NCBI GenBank assembly: GCA_035248365.1
Contig: DATFHN010000109.1
Coordinates: 8,682 to 72,681, forward strand
DNA from: Pseudonocardiaceae bacterium
Lineage (GTDB): Bacteria > Actinomycetota > Actinomycetes > Mycobacteriales > Pseudonocardiaceae
DNA length: 64,000 nucleotides
Reading direction: 5' to 3'
The first letter of the stretch is position 1. The number at the start of each line of letters is the position of its first letter. Shown piece by piece: positions 38,236-47,996 of this stretch. The notes below the pieces were generated by a model. It was given only the letters and a program-made list of their open reading frames with translations, did not search any database and was not told the origin of the DNA. Position numbers and translations under genes: made by a program.

Positions 38236-39242
38236 CAGCCCTCCCCGTGCTCCAGCAGATGGCGGCCGAGTCCGGCCAGGTCGCGTTCGGCGTGGTGCTG
38301 CCGGATGTAGACGGCCAGGTCGGCCAGGTGCTGGGCGAAGGAGGGATCCCAGCACAGCGGACCGGGACCGGTGATCCGGGGAGCGATGTCGACGATGCTG
38401 CGGCTGACCCGTTCGGCGGCGGACTTGCCCAGCCCGATCGCGCCGGTCAGGTCGAGTCCGGGTTCGGTGTCGATGGCGTGCGCGGTGTCGGCCAGCAGCG
38501 CGTCCGTGGCGCGCAGGTCGTTGGCCAGGGCGCCGACATGGGCGAGCTGGTGCTCGTCCGGGGCACCGCGTTCGCGCAACAGGGCCAGTACCCGGTCGTA
38601 GGCGCCCATCGCGCCGCCGAGCCACACCGCGGCCACTCCCCCGCTGCCCAACCGGAATCCGCGCCTGCGCACGTACCAGCCGTCCCGCCCGGTGATCATC
38701 TCCTCGGTGATCGGCACGTCGCGGAACTGGACGTCCAGGCTGTCGGAGGCGTCCATGCCCAGCGCGGGCCAGCTGTCCGGGTCCGGGTGCACGCCTGCCA
38801 CCGCGAGGTCGATCTCGACCAGCCAGTCGGCGTCGTCCGGGCCGCGCGCGGCGACCAGCGCGCGATCCAGGATGCTGGCGCCGGAACAGAACCGCACGGT
38901 TCCGCTCAACCGCAGTCCGGCGCTGCCCCGTTCGAGCACCGCGCCCGTCCCGCCGGTCTTGGCCGCCCACACCCCGTACAGCGCGTCAGACGCCGGTGTC
39001 CGGCCCGCTTCGGCCAGGATGGCGAGCGCATCGACGTGCCCTTCGGCCAGCCGGGCCAGGACCAGGTCGGTGCGGCCGAGCGTGGCGAGCGCGGACCAGC
39101 GTTGCGGCGTCTGCCCGTTGCCGGGTTCCGGCAGGGTCAGTTCGCCCGCGAGCGCGCGCCTGCGCAGCTCGGTCTCCATTGTGGTCACCGAGCGCGGCAG
39201 TGCCAACGGCTTGGGCGGCACCGGTTCCAGCAACGTATGCAC
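38235..39242 (-). CDS. Acyl-CoA dehydrogenase-like protein
   Basis: 'LARLAEGHVDA', 'LSGTVRFCSGA', 'DLAVYIRQHH'; GTG 9 nt after GTAT-N16-GGGTAT. Confidence 0.82.
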   Translation of the reverse strand: MHTLLEPVPPKPLALPRSVTTMETELRRRALAGELTLPEPGNGQTPQRWSALATLGRTDLVLARLAEGHVDALAILAEAGRTPASDALYGVWAAKTGGTGAVLERGSAGLRLSGTVRFCSGASILDRALVAARGPDDADWLVEIDLAVAGVHPDPDSWPALGMDASDSLDVQFRDVPITEEMITGRDGWYVRRRGFRLGSGGVAAVWLGGAMGAYDRVLALLRERGAPDEHQLAHVGALANDLRATDALLADTAHAIDTEPGLDLTGAIGLGKSAAERVSRSIVDIAPRITGPGPLCWDPSFAQHLADLAVYIRQHHAERDLAGLGRHLLEHGEG

Positions 39243-39316
39243 GTTCGGTGCATACCCTCGCCAACCCGGCGCCATACCGGGGGTTGCGGCGACCGCCGCG
39301 GGGCTAGTCGGTCGGC

Positions 39317-40198
39317 ATGAGACAACTGGGGCTGATCGACCGCGTCGCCGCCGCGCGCGGGCTCGACGCGATCGCGGGGGCTGTCCGCGACGCGACACAC
39401 AAGCTGCTGCGTCCCGGGACGGTCAAGGACGCGCTGCACGGCGTCTGGCTCGGTCACCCGCTGCACCCGGCGCTGGCCCAGCTCCCGGTCGGCGCGTTCC
39501 TGAGTGCCGCCGTGCTCGACATCACCGGCGATCGGGGGCCGGGGGCGGGGCGGCTGATCGGGTGCGGTGTGGTGGCCAGCGTGCCCGCCGCGCTCGCCGG
39601 GCTGGCCGACTACGCCGACGGGCACGAGGAGCAGCAACGGGTCGGGATCGTGCACGCGGCGTTGAACTCGGCCGCGTTGCTGTCCTACCTCGGCTCGCTC
39701 ACCCTGCGGGCCAGGAACTCGCGCGCGGCCGGGGTCGCTCTTGGTTTGGTCGGCTGCGCGCTGGCCACCGCGGGCGCGACGCTCGGCGGGGATCTGTCGT
39801 TCCGGCGCGCGGCCGGCCCGAATCACGCCGCCGAGGTGCCGCACTCCGGTCCGGCCGACTGGACCGATCTCGGTTCCGTCGACGCGTTCGCGGGCACCAC
39901 ACCGGTTCGCGCCCACGCGGGCCTGATTTCCGTTCTGGTGGTGCGTTCCGGCGATGGCTTCGCGGTTCTGCACGACCGGTGCGGTCACATGGCCGCGCCA
40001 CTGCACCAGGGCCGGATCGTCGAGCACGACGGAGTGTCCTGTGTGGAATGTCCGTGGCACGGCAGCGTGTTCCGGCTGGCCGACGGGGCCGTCGTGCACG
40101 GACCGGCCACCGCGCCGCAACCGGTGTTGGACAGCCGGATCCGCGGCGGACGGCTGGAAGCGAAGGTCCGGGAGATCCCCGGTGTAGCGGCAAGCTGA
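39317..40198 (+). CDS. DUF2231-like membrane domain fused to Rieske 2Fe-2S domain
   Basis: 'WLGHPLHP', 'CGH...CPWHGSVF'. Confidence 0.88.
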   Translation: MRQLGLIDRVAAARGLDAIAGAVRDATHKLLRPGTVKDALHGVWLGHPLHPALAQLPVGAFLSAAVLDITGDRGPGAGRLIGCGVVASVPAALAGLADYADGHEEQQRVGIVHAALNSAALLSYLGSLTLRARNSRAAGVALGLVGCALATAGATLGGDLSFRRAAGPNHAAEVPHSGPADWTDLGSVDAFAGTTPVRAHAGLISVLVVRSGDGFAVLHDRCGHMAAPLHQGRIVEHDGVSCVECPWHGSVFRLADGAVVHGPATAPQPVLDSRIRGGRLEAKVREIPGVAAS

Positions 40199-40214
40199 GC
40201 GTGTCGCGGCGCGG

Positions 40215-40622
40215 TCACAGTTCGCCGATGGGCGGCATCGGCTCCTGCGCGGCGAGCAGCGACGGATAGACGTCCAGCACCGACTCCAGCCCGGTGAGTC
40301 GCAGGACCAGCCCCGACATCGACGGGCGGCTCCCGGTGACGATGCGCAGTCGCAGGCCCGCCTGCCCGGCGCGCTGATGGGCCTCGTAAAGCACGCTCAG
40401 CCCGGCCGCCGACAACAGTTCCAGGCCGGACAGGTCGACCACCAGCGCCTCCGGGCTCCAGCGCGACGCCGGCTCGGCCTGGCGCTCCAGGATCGAGAGC
40501 AGCACGGTCCGCAGCCGGGGAGCGGTCGCCAGGTCCAGCTCACCGGCAAGAGTCACGACGATCCTCGACCGATCATCAACCGAACAGGTGATCGACAGCG
40601 GATTCGCCCGGTCGGAGCCCAT
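40215..40622 (-). CDS. STAS-domain anti-sigma-factor antagonist
   Basis: 'VTLAGELDLATAP', 'VVDLSGLELLSAAG', 'LRLTGL'. Confidence 0.87.
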   Translation of the reverse strand: MGSDRANPLSITCSVDDRSRIVVTLAGELDLATAPRLRTVLLSILERQAEPASRWSPEALVVDLSGLELLSAAGLSVLYEAHQRAGQAGLRLRIVTGSRPSMSGLVLRLTGLESVLDVYPSLLAAQEPMPPIGEL

Positions 40623-40668
40623 GATGATGGCATTGCCCCCTGGCCCCGCGAACAACCCGTCTTTTATC

Positions 40669-42375
40669 TCACTTATCGGATGCGCCGCTGCGCGACTTGG
40701 GGGGCAGCGCGGGACGTTCCAGGCGCATGCGGTCAACCATGTGCGGATAGTGCAATTCGAACGCGGGACGCTCGGAACGAATCCTGGGTAGCGCGTGGAA
40801 GTTGTGCCGGGGCGGCGGGCAGGAGGTCGCCCACTCCAGCGAGTTGCCGTAACCCCACGGGTCGTCCACCTCGACGACCTCACCGTAGCGGTAGGACTTG
40901 AACACGTTGTAGATGAACGGCAGCACCGAGGCGCCCAGCAGGTAGGAGCCGATGGTGGAGATCGTGTTCAACGTGGTGAATCCGTCACTGGGCAGATAGT
41001 CCGCGTACCGCCGGGGCATGCCCTCCGCGCCCAGCCAGTGCTGGATCAGGAAGGTCACGTGGAACCCGATGAACGTGGTCCAGAAGTGCAGTTTGCCCAG
41101 TGGTTCGTTGAGCATTCGGCCGGTCATCTTCGGGAACCAGAAATAGATACCGGCATAGGTGGCGAACACGATCGTGCCGAACAGCACGTAGTGGAAGTGC
41201 GCCACCACGAAATAGGTGTCGGAGATGTGGAAATCCAGCGCGGGTGCGGCCAGCAGCACGCCGGTCAGACCGCCGAACAGGAACGTGACCAGGAAGCCGA
41301 TCGAGAACAGCATCGGGGTCTCGAAGGTCAACTGTCCCTTCCACATCGTGCCGATCCAGTTGAAGAACTTCACGCCGGTCGGAATCGCGATCAGGAAGGT
41401 CATCGCGGAGAAGAACGGCAGCAGCACCGCGCCGGTGGCGAACATGTGGTGCGCCCACACGGTGAAGGACAGGCCGGCGATGGACAGGGAGGCATAGATC
41501 ATGCCCCGGTAGCCGAACAGCGGTTTCCGGCTGAACACCGGGAAGATCTCGGTGACGATGCCGAAGAACGGCAGGGCGACGATGTAGACCTCGGGGTGCC
41601 CGAAGAACCAGAACAGGTGCTGCCAGAGGATCGCGCCGCCGTTGGCCGGGTCGAACACGTGTGCGCCGAGGTTCCGGTCGGCCAGCAGGGCGAACAGGGC
41701 GGCGGTCAGGATCGGGAAAGCCACGAGGATGAGGATCATCGTGACCAGCAGGTTCCACACGAACATCGGCATCCGGAACAACACCATGCCCGGTGCGCGC
41801 AGGCAGATGATGGTGGTGGTCATGTTGACCGCGCCGAGGATCGTGCCAAGGCCGGACAGGATCAGGCCGGTGATCCACAGGTTGCCCCCGACACCAGGCG
41901 AATGGGTGATATCGGACAGTGGCGTGTAGGCGAACCAGCCGAAGTCGGCCGCCCCACCGGGCGTGAGAAAGCCGGACAGCACGATCAGGCCGCCGAACAG
42001 GAACAGCCAGTAGCTCAGCGCGTTGAGGCGGGGAAACGCGACGTCGGGCGAGCCGAGTTGCAGCGGCATGATGTAGTTGGCGAAGCCGAAGATCGTCGGG
42101 GTCGCGTAGAGCAGCAGCATGATCGTGCCGTGCATGGTGAACAGCTGGTTGTACTGCTCCTGGGAGAGGAACTGCAATCCGGGCCGCGCCAGCTCGGTGC
42201 GCATCAGCATCGCCATCACGCCGCCGACCAGGAAGAACCCGAACGACGTCGTGAGATACATGATGCCGAGCAGCTTGGGGTCGGTGGTCTTGAACAGGTT
42301 CAGCAGCGCCGACCCTTTCGCATTTCGCCGTTCGGCGAACGCGCGCGTACGCACAGGTGCCCTGGTGACCGCCAT
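40669..42375 (-). CDS. ctaD: Cytochrome c oxidase subunit I (aa3, A1 type)
   Basis: 'TMHGT', 'WFFGHPEVY', 'WAHH', 'AHFHY', 'GMPRRY'. Confidence 0.96.
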   Translation of the reverse strand: MAVTRAPVRTRAFAERRNAKGSALLNLFKTTDPKLLGIMYLTTSFGFFLVGGVMAMLMRTELARPGLQFLSQEQYNQLFTMHGTIMLLLYATPTIFGFANYIMPLQLGSPDVAFPRLNALSYWLFLFGGLIVLSGFLTPGGAADFGWFAYTPLSDITHSPGVGGNLWITGLILSGLGTILGAVNMTTTIICLRAPGMVLFRMPMFVWNLLVTMILILVAFPILTAALFALLADRNLGAHVFDPANGGAILWQHLFWFFGHPEVYIVALPFFGIVTEIFPVFSRKPLFGYRGMIYASLSIAGLSFTVWAHHMFATGAVLLPFFSAMTFLIAIPTGVKFFNWIGTMWKGQLTFETPMLFSIGFLVTFLFGGLTGVLLAAPALDFHISDTYFVVAHFHYVLFGTIVFATYAGIYFWFPKMTGRMLNEPLGKLHFWTTFIGFHVTFLIQHWLGAEGMPRRYADYLPSDGFTTLNTISTIGSYLLGASVLPFIYNVFKSYRYGEVVEVDDPWGYGNSLEWATSCPPPRHNFHALPRIRSERPAFELHYPHMVDRMRLERPALPPKSRSGASDK

Positions 42376-42385
42376 GCGCGCTCGT

Positions 42386-42410
42386 CTACCCCACCTTCCA
42401 GCGGCTATAC
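42386..42410 (-). promoter_or_regulatory. SigF-type promoter of ctaD
   Basis: GTAT-N15-GGGTAG-N10-ATG. Confidence 0.72.
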
Positions 42411-42559
42411 CTGCCTCGTCCGGGGAAAACCCGGGAACGGAACGGGGCGGGAACCGGCACTGCCCGCCAACTGTCTACTGAGGACACCGGGCGGTCCGCA
42501 ACCCGCGTTCGCTGGACGAGAAGACCAGCCTGGCCAAGGAATCCGAGCAGGCCGCGGCC

Positions 42560-42600
42560 ACGCCGCGGTCGTTCCCCCGGGCAGGGGGAACGACCGGCGT
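42560..42600. terminator. Hairpin terminator just downstream of the sigma factor gene
   Basis: GGTCGTTCCCCC-gggca-GGGGGAACGACC 12-bp stem plus ACGCC/GGCGT extension. Confidence 0.65.
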
Positions 42601-42601
42601 C

Positions 42602-43387
42602 CTAGTCGATGTCGGGCAGCAATGCCTCGCGCAGCCGGCCGACCGTATGCGCGAGCAGGCGCGACACATGCACCTGGGAAATGCCCAGCCGCTCCGCGAT
42701 CTGGCTCTGCGTCATCTCCTCGAAGAAGCGCATCCGCACGATCGCGGTCTCCCGTTCCGGCAGCTTGGCCAGCGCCACGTTGAGGGTCTCGTGGTTCTCC
42801 ACCCGGTCGAGGCCGGGATCGACGGTGCCGAACTGGTCCGGTTCCGGGTCCTCGTCGTCCTGCCGGGCGCCCCGGCCGTCCAGGCTGTCGGCCTGGTAGG
42901 CGAAACCGGCCTGCAGGCCCTCGTAGACCGCCTCAAGCGAAATCCCCAGCCGCGCCGCGATCTGCTGGGGCCGGGGCGATCGTCCCAGTTCGACGGTGAG
43001 CCCGGCGGTCGCGCGGGAGATCGACCGGTTCAGTTCCTTGAGCGGGCGCGGCACCGTGAGCAGCCAGGTCGAGTCGCGGAAGTACCTGCGGATCTCCCCC
43101 ATGATCGTCGGCACCGCGAACGCGACGAAATCCGAGCCACGGCCGGGATCGAATCGGTCGACCGCGCCGATCAGGCCGACCATGGCGACCTGGCGCAGAT
43201 CGTCCATGGCCTGTCCGCGATCCCGGTATTTCCTGGCGATGTGCTCGGCGAGTGGACGATGACCGTCCACTATTTCCGCCCGGATCCGGCGGCGTTCGCC
43301 CGGGGAGAGCGAATCGTCGGCGAGACGGGCGAACAAGGGACGGAACTGGTGATAGTCGGTGTCGTGCCGCTTGGCGGGTAGTGACAT
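42602..43387 (-). CDS. SigB/SigF/SigG-family RNA polymerase sigma factor
   Basis: 'DLRQVAMVGLIGAVDRFDP', 'FAVPTIMGEIRRYFRD', region 4 'MTQSQIAERLGISQVHVSRLL'. Confidence 0.93.
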   Translation of the reverse strand: MSLPAKRHDTDYHQFRPLFARLADDSLSPGERRRIRAEIVDGHRPLAEHIARKYRDRGQAMDDLRQVAMVGLIGAVDRFDPGRGSDFVAFAVPTIMGEIRRYFRDSTWLLTVPRPLKELNRSISRATAGLTVELGRSPRPQQIAARLGISLEAVYEGLQAGFAYQADSLDGRGARQDDEDPEPDQFGTVDPGLDRVENHETLNVALAKLPERETAIVRMRFFEEMTQSQIAERLGISQVHVSRLLAHTVGRLREALLPDID

Positions 43388-43572
43388 GGGAAGCAACCCC
43401 GGACATCCTGCCACCGGCGCGCCGCTCCGGAAATTCGCGCGATGTGGACATGTTCACGCGGATATGGCGGCGGTGCGATGGCACTGGATTCACGGCTCGG
43501 GCTGCTTGGTCAAACCGCGCCGTCCCGGCCATCCTATGCCCGCGCCACGACACCGACAACCGGAAGGAGCAA

Positions 43573-44115
43573 TCAGTCCTCGGCGGCCCTGGCGACCAGC
43601 GTCCGCTTGAGCGCGCTGTCCGCGAGCAGCATTCCGCTCACGCCCTCGACCGCGTTGCCCGCGTCGAATTCGCTGCCCGCGCAGCACAGCCAGCCCAGTA
43701 CCGGGCCGAGTCCGTTGTCCGGATCGGACTCGGCGAGCAGGCACAACGCCGATTCGACCGGCGCCACCGCGCGCACGAAGTCGGCCAGCAGGTCGTAGGT
43801 GGTAGCGCGGCGGTCGCGATCGGCGACGGTCAGCTCGGCGACCAGCCGGTCGAGCGCGGCGGCGAGCACACCGACCGGGCCGGACGGGTCGGTGACCCGC
43901 AGCGGGCACGGCGCGTCATCGGGTGACACGTCCACGACCGAGGTGAACTCGACCAGGTCGGACGTGCCGTCCGGCCGGACCAGCGGTATCCAGGGCGAGC
44001 CGGTGCCCGGATCGGCGAGCGCCGGGCCGATGGCCAGCGCGCGCCGGAACGCCGGGCCGGGCCCGTCCACGTGGACGAGCACGGAACCTCGCTGCACTGC
44101 GGACGGGTCGGTCAT
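43573..44115 (-). CDS. Hypothetical protein (paralog of 35043-35597)
   Basis: GTAT-N16-GGGAAA-N10-ATG; shared motifs FRRA, DP...WIP.VRPD, LLxxFVxAxAPxExAL.LL.E.DP..GL..VL.W. Confidence 0.75.
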   Translation of the reverse strand: MTDPSAVQRGSVLVHVDGPGPAFRRALAIGPALADPGTGSPWIPLVRPDGTSDLVEFTSVVDVSPDDAPCPLRVTDPSGPVGVLAAALDRLVAELTVADRDRRATTYDLLADFVRAVAPVESALCLLAESDPDNGLGPVLGWLCCAGSEFDAGNAVEGVSGMLLADSALKRTLVARAAED

Positions 44116-44277
44116 GGCAGGCCGTTTTCCCCCGATCAGCCGCTTTCATACGGCGCTCACCGAACTTCGACACGCGCCCGGCGGGCATCACCGGCGAGGA
44201 TCCGGGTACTCCCCTGGTAGCGGAGCGACCATCGGTGTTCGCTCACCGGACAACGATCGGAGGAAGTCACGAAGAGC

Positions 44278-45456
44278 ATGGACGTCAACGGGACGACCGA
44301 TCACTTCCGGGTGAACGCGACGGAATCAGCGGACGCGGCGGACACGGGGGACATCGCCGTCTGCGCCGCCACCGGCGAACTCGACACGTGCTCGGCATCG
44401 GCCCTACCAGCGCAACTGCTCGACGCGGTGGGTCCAGGGACCGGCGGCGTCGTGCTGGACATGGCCGACGTGTCGCTGGTGTCCGCTGCCGGAGCGCGCG
44501 CCCTGACCGATCTCGCCGCCACCCTGGCCGAGACCGGGCGCAGGCTGCTGCTGGCCCGGTGCCGGCCGACCGTACGTGACATCATCGAGTACGCGGGGTC
44601 ACCGCACACCGTGTCCGACCACCCGTCGGTCGCCGAGGCGGTGGCCGCGTACCGCGCGGAGCCGGCCAGTCCGGCTCCGGCCATGCCGACCGAGCGACTG
44701 GTGTTGTTGCGCAAGCAAGCAGGCAATCTGCCCGATGGGCTGCGCACCAGGCCGCTGATCGCCGGCGCCATCGACGAGCTGCGCGAGCGATACCGCCTGC
44801 CCGACAACGACAGCGCGTTCGCGCTGTTGCGGCACAGCTCGCAGCGCTACAACATCAAGCTCCGCTCGCTCGCGCTGGCCTTCCTGTCCGCGCCGCCGGC
44901 CAAGCCGGAGCGGCCGCTGTGGTTCGGTGGCCGCGCGCGTCCACCGGCCCCGTCGATCACCTTCACCTCGCACCACGGGCAGTGGCCGGGCAACCGAGGC
45001 GGCTTTCTCAGCGAGGTACTGGCCTCCGCACTGTCCATCATGGACAGCGAAGCGGGCTATGTGCGGCTCGCCGATGATTTCCTCGGTGGCCTGCAACTGG
45101 AATCCCAGCGCGGCCTGCCGCGCGAGTTCGGCCAGTCCCTCGCGGCCGGGCCGCCCGCGACGAGCGACCTCAGCCGCGAACTCGATCCGCGAACCAGGTC
45201 CACGCTGCATGAGCAGGGATTGAACTACGTGTACAACGTCGCGTTGCGCACCGAGGAGTATCCCGAGGTGGGCGTGGTATCGACGTTGCACGCCGGCGGG
45301 CCGTCCTCGGCCACCCACGACCAGTCGGCCGCGCTGGACGTGGTGTCCGCGCAGAGTGCGGCCTGGCTGCACTGGTATCAGCGCACCGTCGTACTGGACG
45401 CGCTGGAACACCTGCACCACGCGGCCAGGAAGACCTGGCTGCGGCGTGACCGGTGA
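44278..45456 (+). CDS. STAS-ANTAR-GAF-like regulatory protein
   Basis: STAS 'GELDTCSA...VLDMADVSLVSAAG'; ANTAR 'AFALLRHSSQRYNIKLRSLA'; GCAT-N15-GGGTAC promoter (44185-44209). Confidence 0.8.
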   Translation: MDVNGTTDHFRVNATESADAADTGDIAVCAATGELDTCSASALPAQLLDAVGPGTGGVVLDMADVSLVSAAGARALTDLAATLAETGRRLLLARCRPTVRDIIEYAGSPHTVSDHPSVAEAVAAYRAEPASPAPAMPTERLVLLRKQAGNLPDGLRTRPLIAGAIDELRERYRLPDNDSAFALLRHSSQRYNIKLRSLALAFLSAPPAKPERPLWFGGRARPPAPSITFTSHHGQWPGNRGGFLSEVLASALSIMDSEAGYVRLADDFLGGLQLESQRGLPREFGQSLAAGPPATSDLSRELDPRTRSTLHEQGLNYVYNVALRTEEYPEVGVVSTLHAGGPSSATHDQSAALDVVSAQSAAWLHWYQRTVVLDALEHLHHAARKTWLRRDR

Positions 45457-45459
45457 TGC

Positions 45460-46224
45460 TCAGCGGGCGCGCTCCCGGCGCGATCGCGTCGCCTGACCCC
45501 GTACGCAGCACGCCCACACGACCTTGCCGCCCGCCAGCTGCGGCGAGCAGCCCCAGACCAGGGAGCGGTCGGCCACGATGCGCAACCCGACACCGCGGTC
45601 GATGCCCGGAACGAGCTCGCGCAGCACGGCCTCCTGCGGGCTGTCGTCGCTGACCGCGACCGTCAGCACGTCGCCGCGCAGTTCCAGCCGCAGCCGGGGC
45701 GCCGAGTTCGCGTGCAACAGCGCGTTCTCCACCAGTTCGGTGGCGATCTGCTCGGCGTCGCCCCGCAGATCGTCGAGCTGCCAGCGGTGGCAGGTCGCCC
45801 GGACGAACAACCGGGCGCGCCTCGCGCTGATCAGCTCACGGCTCAGCTCCAGGATCGCCCGGCGGGAGCGCGGCGGGCGCTCGGCACTGGCCACCGCCGC
45901 GGCCACATCGGTGAACACCGACACGAACCGGCTCACCATGGTGCGCTCCAGTTGGTCGCGCTGGTCCTCGCGCGGGGTGGCGAGCACGATCGGCACGCCG
46001 GGCCAGTTGCTCACCCGCATGGCCGCGGACGAGAACGCGGTCAGCGCGTCCGGCACCGGCAGCTCCAGCTCGTCGATGGCCACGATCAGCACCTGCTGCT
46101 GATCGACCGCGAACTTGATCATCGTGTCGCGGACGTCCCGGTACGTCATGGCGTCGAGCACGCCGACCGGCCTGACCATCAGGCACTCGCCGATCTGCTC
46201 GCGTTGCCAACTCACAGCTTTCAT
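45460..46224 (-). CDS. STAS + HATPase (RsbW-like anti-sigma) fusion
   Basis: 'VRPVGVLDAMTY' STAS start; 'ATELVENALLHA', 'VSDDSP', 'RGVGLRIV', 'GGKVVWA'. Confidence 0.82.
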   Translation of the reverse strand: MKAVSWQREQIGECLMVRPVGVLDAMTYRDVRDTMIKFAVDQQQVLIVAIDELELPVPDALTAFSSAAMRVSNWPGVPIVLATPREDQRDQLERTMVSRFVSVFTDVAAAVASAERPPRSRRAILELSRELISARRARLFVRATCHRWQLDDLRGDAEQIATELVENALLHANSAPRLRLELRGDVLTVAVSDDSPQEAVLRELVPGIDRGVGLRIVADRSLVWGCSPQLAGGKVVWACCVRGQATRSRRERAR

Positions 46225-46294
46225 GACGTGCTCATTCCGGTTCGCACGGCTCCCAGCACGTATACCCCCTCGCACGCTGAGTATGAATCCGCGA

Positions 46295-47290
46295 TCAGGT
46301 CCAGATCAGGTGCAGCGGCAGGTAGACCACGGCCGCCGTGAGCGCGGCGGCGGGCAGGGTCAGCACCCAGCCCGCCACGATGTTCTTGGCGACCGTCCAG
46401 CGCACCGCCGACGCCCTCTTGGTGGCACCGACACCCATCACCGCCGAGGTGATCACGTGGGTTGTCGACGTCGGCGCCGCGAACACGTAGGCGGTGGAGT
46501 AAAGCACCAGGGAGCCGGTGAGTTCGGCGACGAAGCCATAGGGCGGGGTCAGCGGGAAGATGCGCCTGCCCATCGTCGCGATGATCCGCTTGCCGCCGGT
46601 GTACGTGCCGGCCGCCATGGCCAGCGCGCAGGCCAGAATCGTCCACAGTGGAACATGAGTGCCGTGCTGATGGCCGGTGACGACCAGCGCCAGCACGATC
46701 AGGCCCATCGTCTTCTGCGCGTCCTGCAGCCCGTGCCCGAGCCCGAGGCTGGCCGCGGACACGATCTGGGCCCGCCGGAACCCGCGGCCCAGCGGGTGGA
46801 ACCGCGCGTTGCGGAACAGCCACAGCGTGCCGACCATGAACGCGTAGCCGAGGCCGAGCCCGATCAGCGGCGAGAGCACCATCGGCAGCACGACCTTGTC
46901 CAGCACACCGGACCACCGCACGGTGCCCGACGCGGCGAGCGCGGCGCCGACCATGCCGCCGATCAGCGCATGGGTCGAGGACGATGGCAGCCCGAAATAC
47001 CAGGTGATCAGGTTCCACACCACCGCGCCGATCAGCGCGCAGAACACCAGCCCGAGCCCGGCCGGACCGCTCGGCGCGGTGATGATCCCCGCGGTCACCG
47101 TCGCCGCGACCTTCGTGCCCAGCAGCGCGCCCACCAGGTTCATCACCGCGGCCAGGGTGAGCGCCGCCCGCAGGCTCAGCGCCCGAGTCGACACCACGCT
47201 GGCCACCGCGTTCGCGGCATCGTGGAAGCCGTTGGTGAAATCGAAACACAGCGCCAGCGCCACCACCACGATGAGCCCGGCCAGCAGCAT
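46295..47290 (-). CDS. pitA: Inorganic phosphate transporter (PiT family)
   Basis: 'NGFHDAANA', 'GLPSSSTHALIGG', 'HGLQDAQK', 'PTSTTH'. Confidence 0.92.
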   Translation of the reverse strand: MLLAGLIVVVALALCFDFTNGFHDAANAVASVVSTRALSLRAALTLAAVMNLVGALLGTKVAATVTAGIITAPSGPAGLGLVFCALIGAVVWNLITWYFGLPSSSTHALIGGMVGAALAASGTVRWSGVLDKVVLPMVLSPLIGLGLGYAFMVGTLWLFRNARFHPLGRGFRRAQIVSAASLGLGHGLQDAQKTMGLIVLALVVTGHQHGTHVPLWTILACALAMAAGTYTGGKRIIATMGRRIFPLTPPYGFVAELTGSLVLYSTAYVFAAPTSTTHVITSAVMGVGATKRASAVRWTVAKNIVAGWVLTLPAAALTAAVVYLPLHLIWT

Positions 47291-47910
47291 CAGGACTCCT
47301 TGACCGCGATGCTGCGCACCACGTCGGCGACGTGCTCGAACCCGTCCGCCGCGGCTTCCAGCTGGTCCACGATCTCCTTGAGCTTGAGCACGGTCAGCGT
47401 GTCGTACCCGCCGTTGAACAACTCCGCCAGCAGGCCGCGGTAGACCCGGTCGGCCGCGTCCTCGATCTCGTTGACCCGCCGGTGGAACTCGGTGACCCCG
47501 CGCAGGCCGCGCAGGCCCGGCATGGCTCGCGCGGTCAGTTCGGCCGACTGGCACAGCAGCGCGGCCTGCTCGGCAACCCCGGCGGGAAACTCGCCGATCC
47601 GGTAGAGCACGGTGAGGTCGGACGCGGCCTCGATGAAGTCGAGCACGTCGTCGACGCGGATCGCCAGCCGGTAGATGTCGTCGCGGTCGAACGGCGTCAC
47701 GAACGAGGTGTCCAGCCGCTCGATGATGGCCTGCGTGGTGTCGTCGCCGGCGTGCTCCACCGACCTGATCCGCTCGGCGATGCCGGGCCGGTCCTGACTC
47801 GGTGCGGCGACCAGCTCCCGCAACAGTCCCGCGCCGGTCACGATGTTGTCGGCCGCCCTGGTGAACAGCTCGTAGAAGGTGTTGTCACGTGGAGTGAGCC
47901 GCAGTGCCAT
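47290..47910 (-). CDS. DUF47 / PhoU-like Pit accessory protein
   Basis: 'EHAGD...FVTPFDRDDI', C-terminus 'IAVKES'; GTTT-N15-GGGCAC-N9-ATG promoter. Confidence 0.9.
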   Translation of the reverse strand: MALRLTPRDNTFYELFTRAADNIVTGAGLLRELVAAPSQDRPGIAERIRSVEHAGDDTTQAIIERLDTSFVTPFDRDDIYRLAIRVDDVLDFIEAASDLTVLYRIGEFPAGVAEQAALLCQSAELTARAMPGLRGLRGVTEFHRRVNEIEDAADRVYRGLLAELFNGGYDTLTVLKLKEIVDQLEAAADGFEHVADVVRSIAVKES

Positions 47911-47996
47911 GTTCGGCGGGTGCCCAATTGCCACGGAAGGAAACGTATCGGCACCGCCGACTTATGAACGGTGGCTGCCCCGGGTAGACGATCCAC

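Noticed and set aside
42480-42560. Coding-like stretch (SLDEKTSLAKESEQAA) between ctaD and the sigma gene
   Set aside because: No start codon or recognisable homology; too short to support
43388-43572. Autoregulatory SigF-type promoter or small ORF upstream of the sigma gene
   Set aside because: No properly spaced -35/-10 pair, and the ORFs lack codon bias
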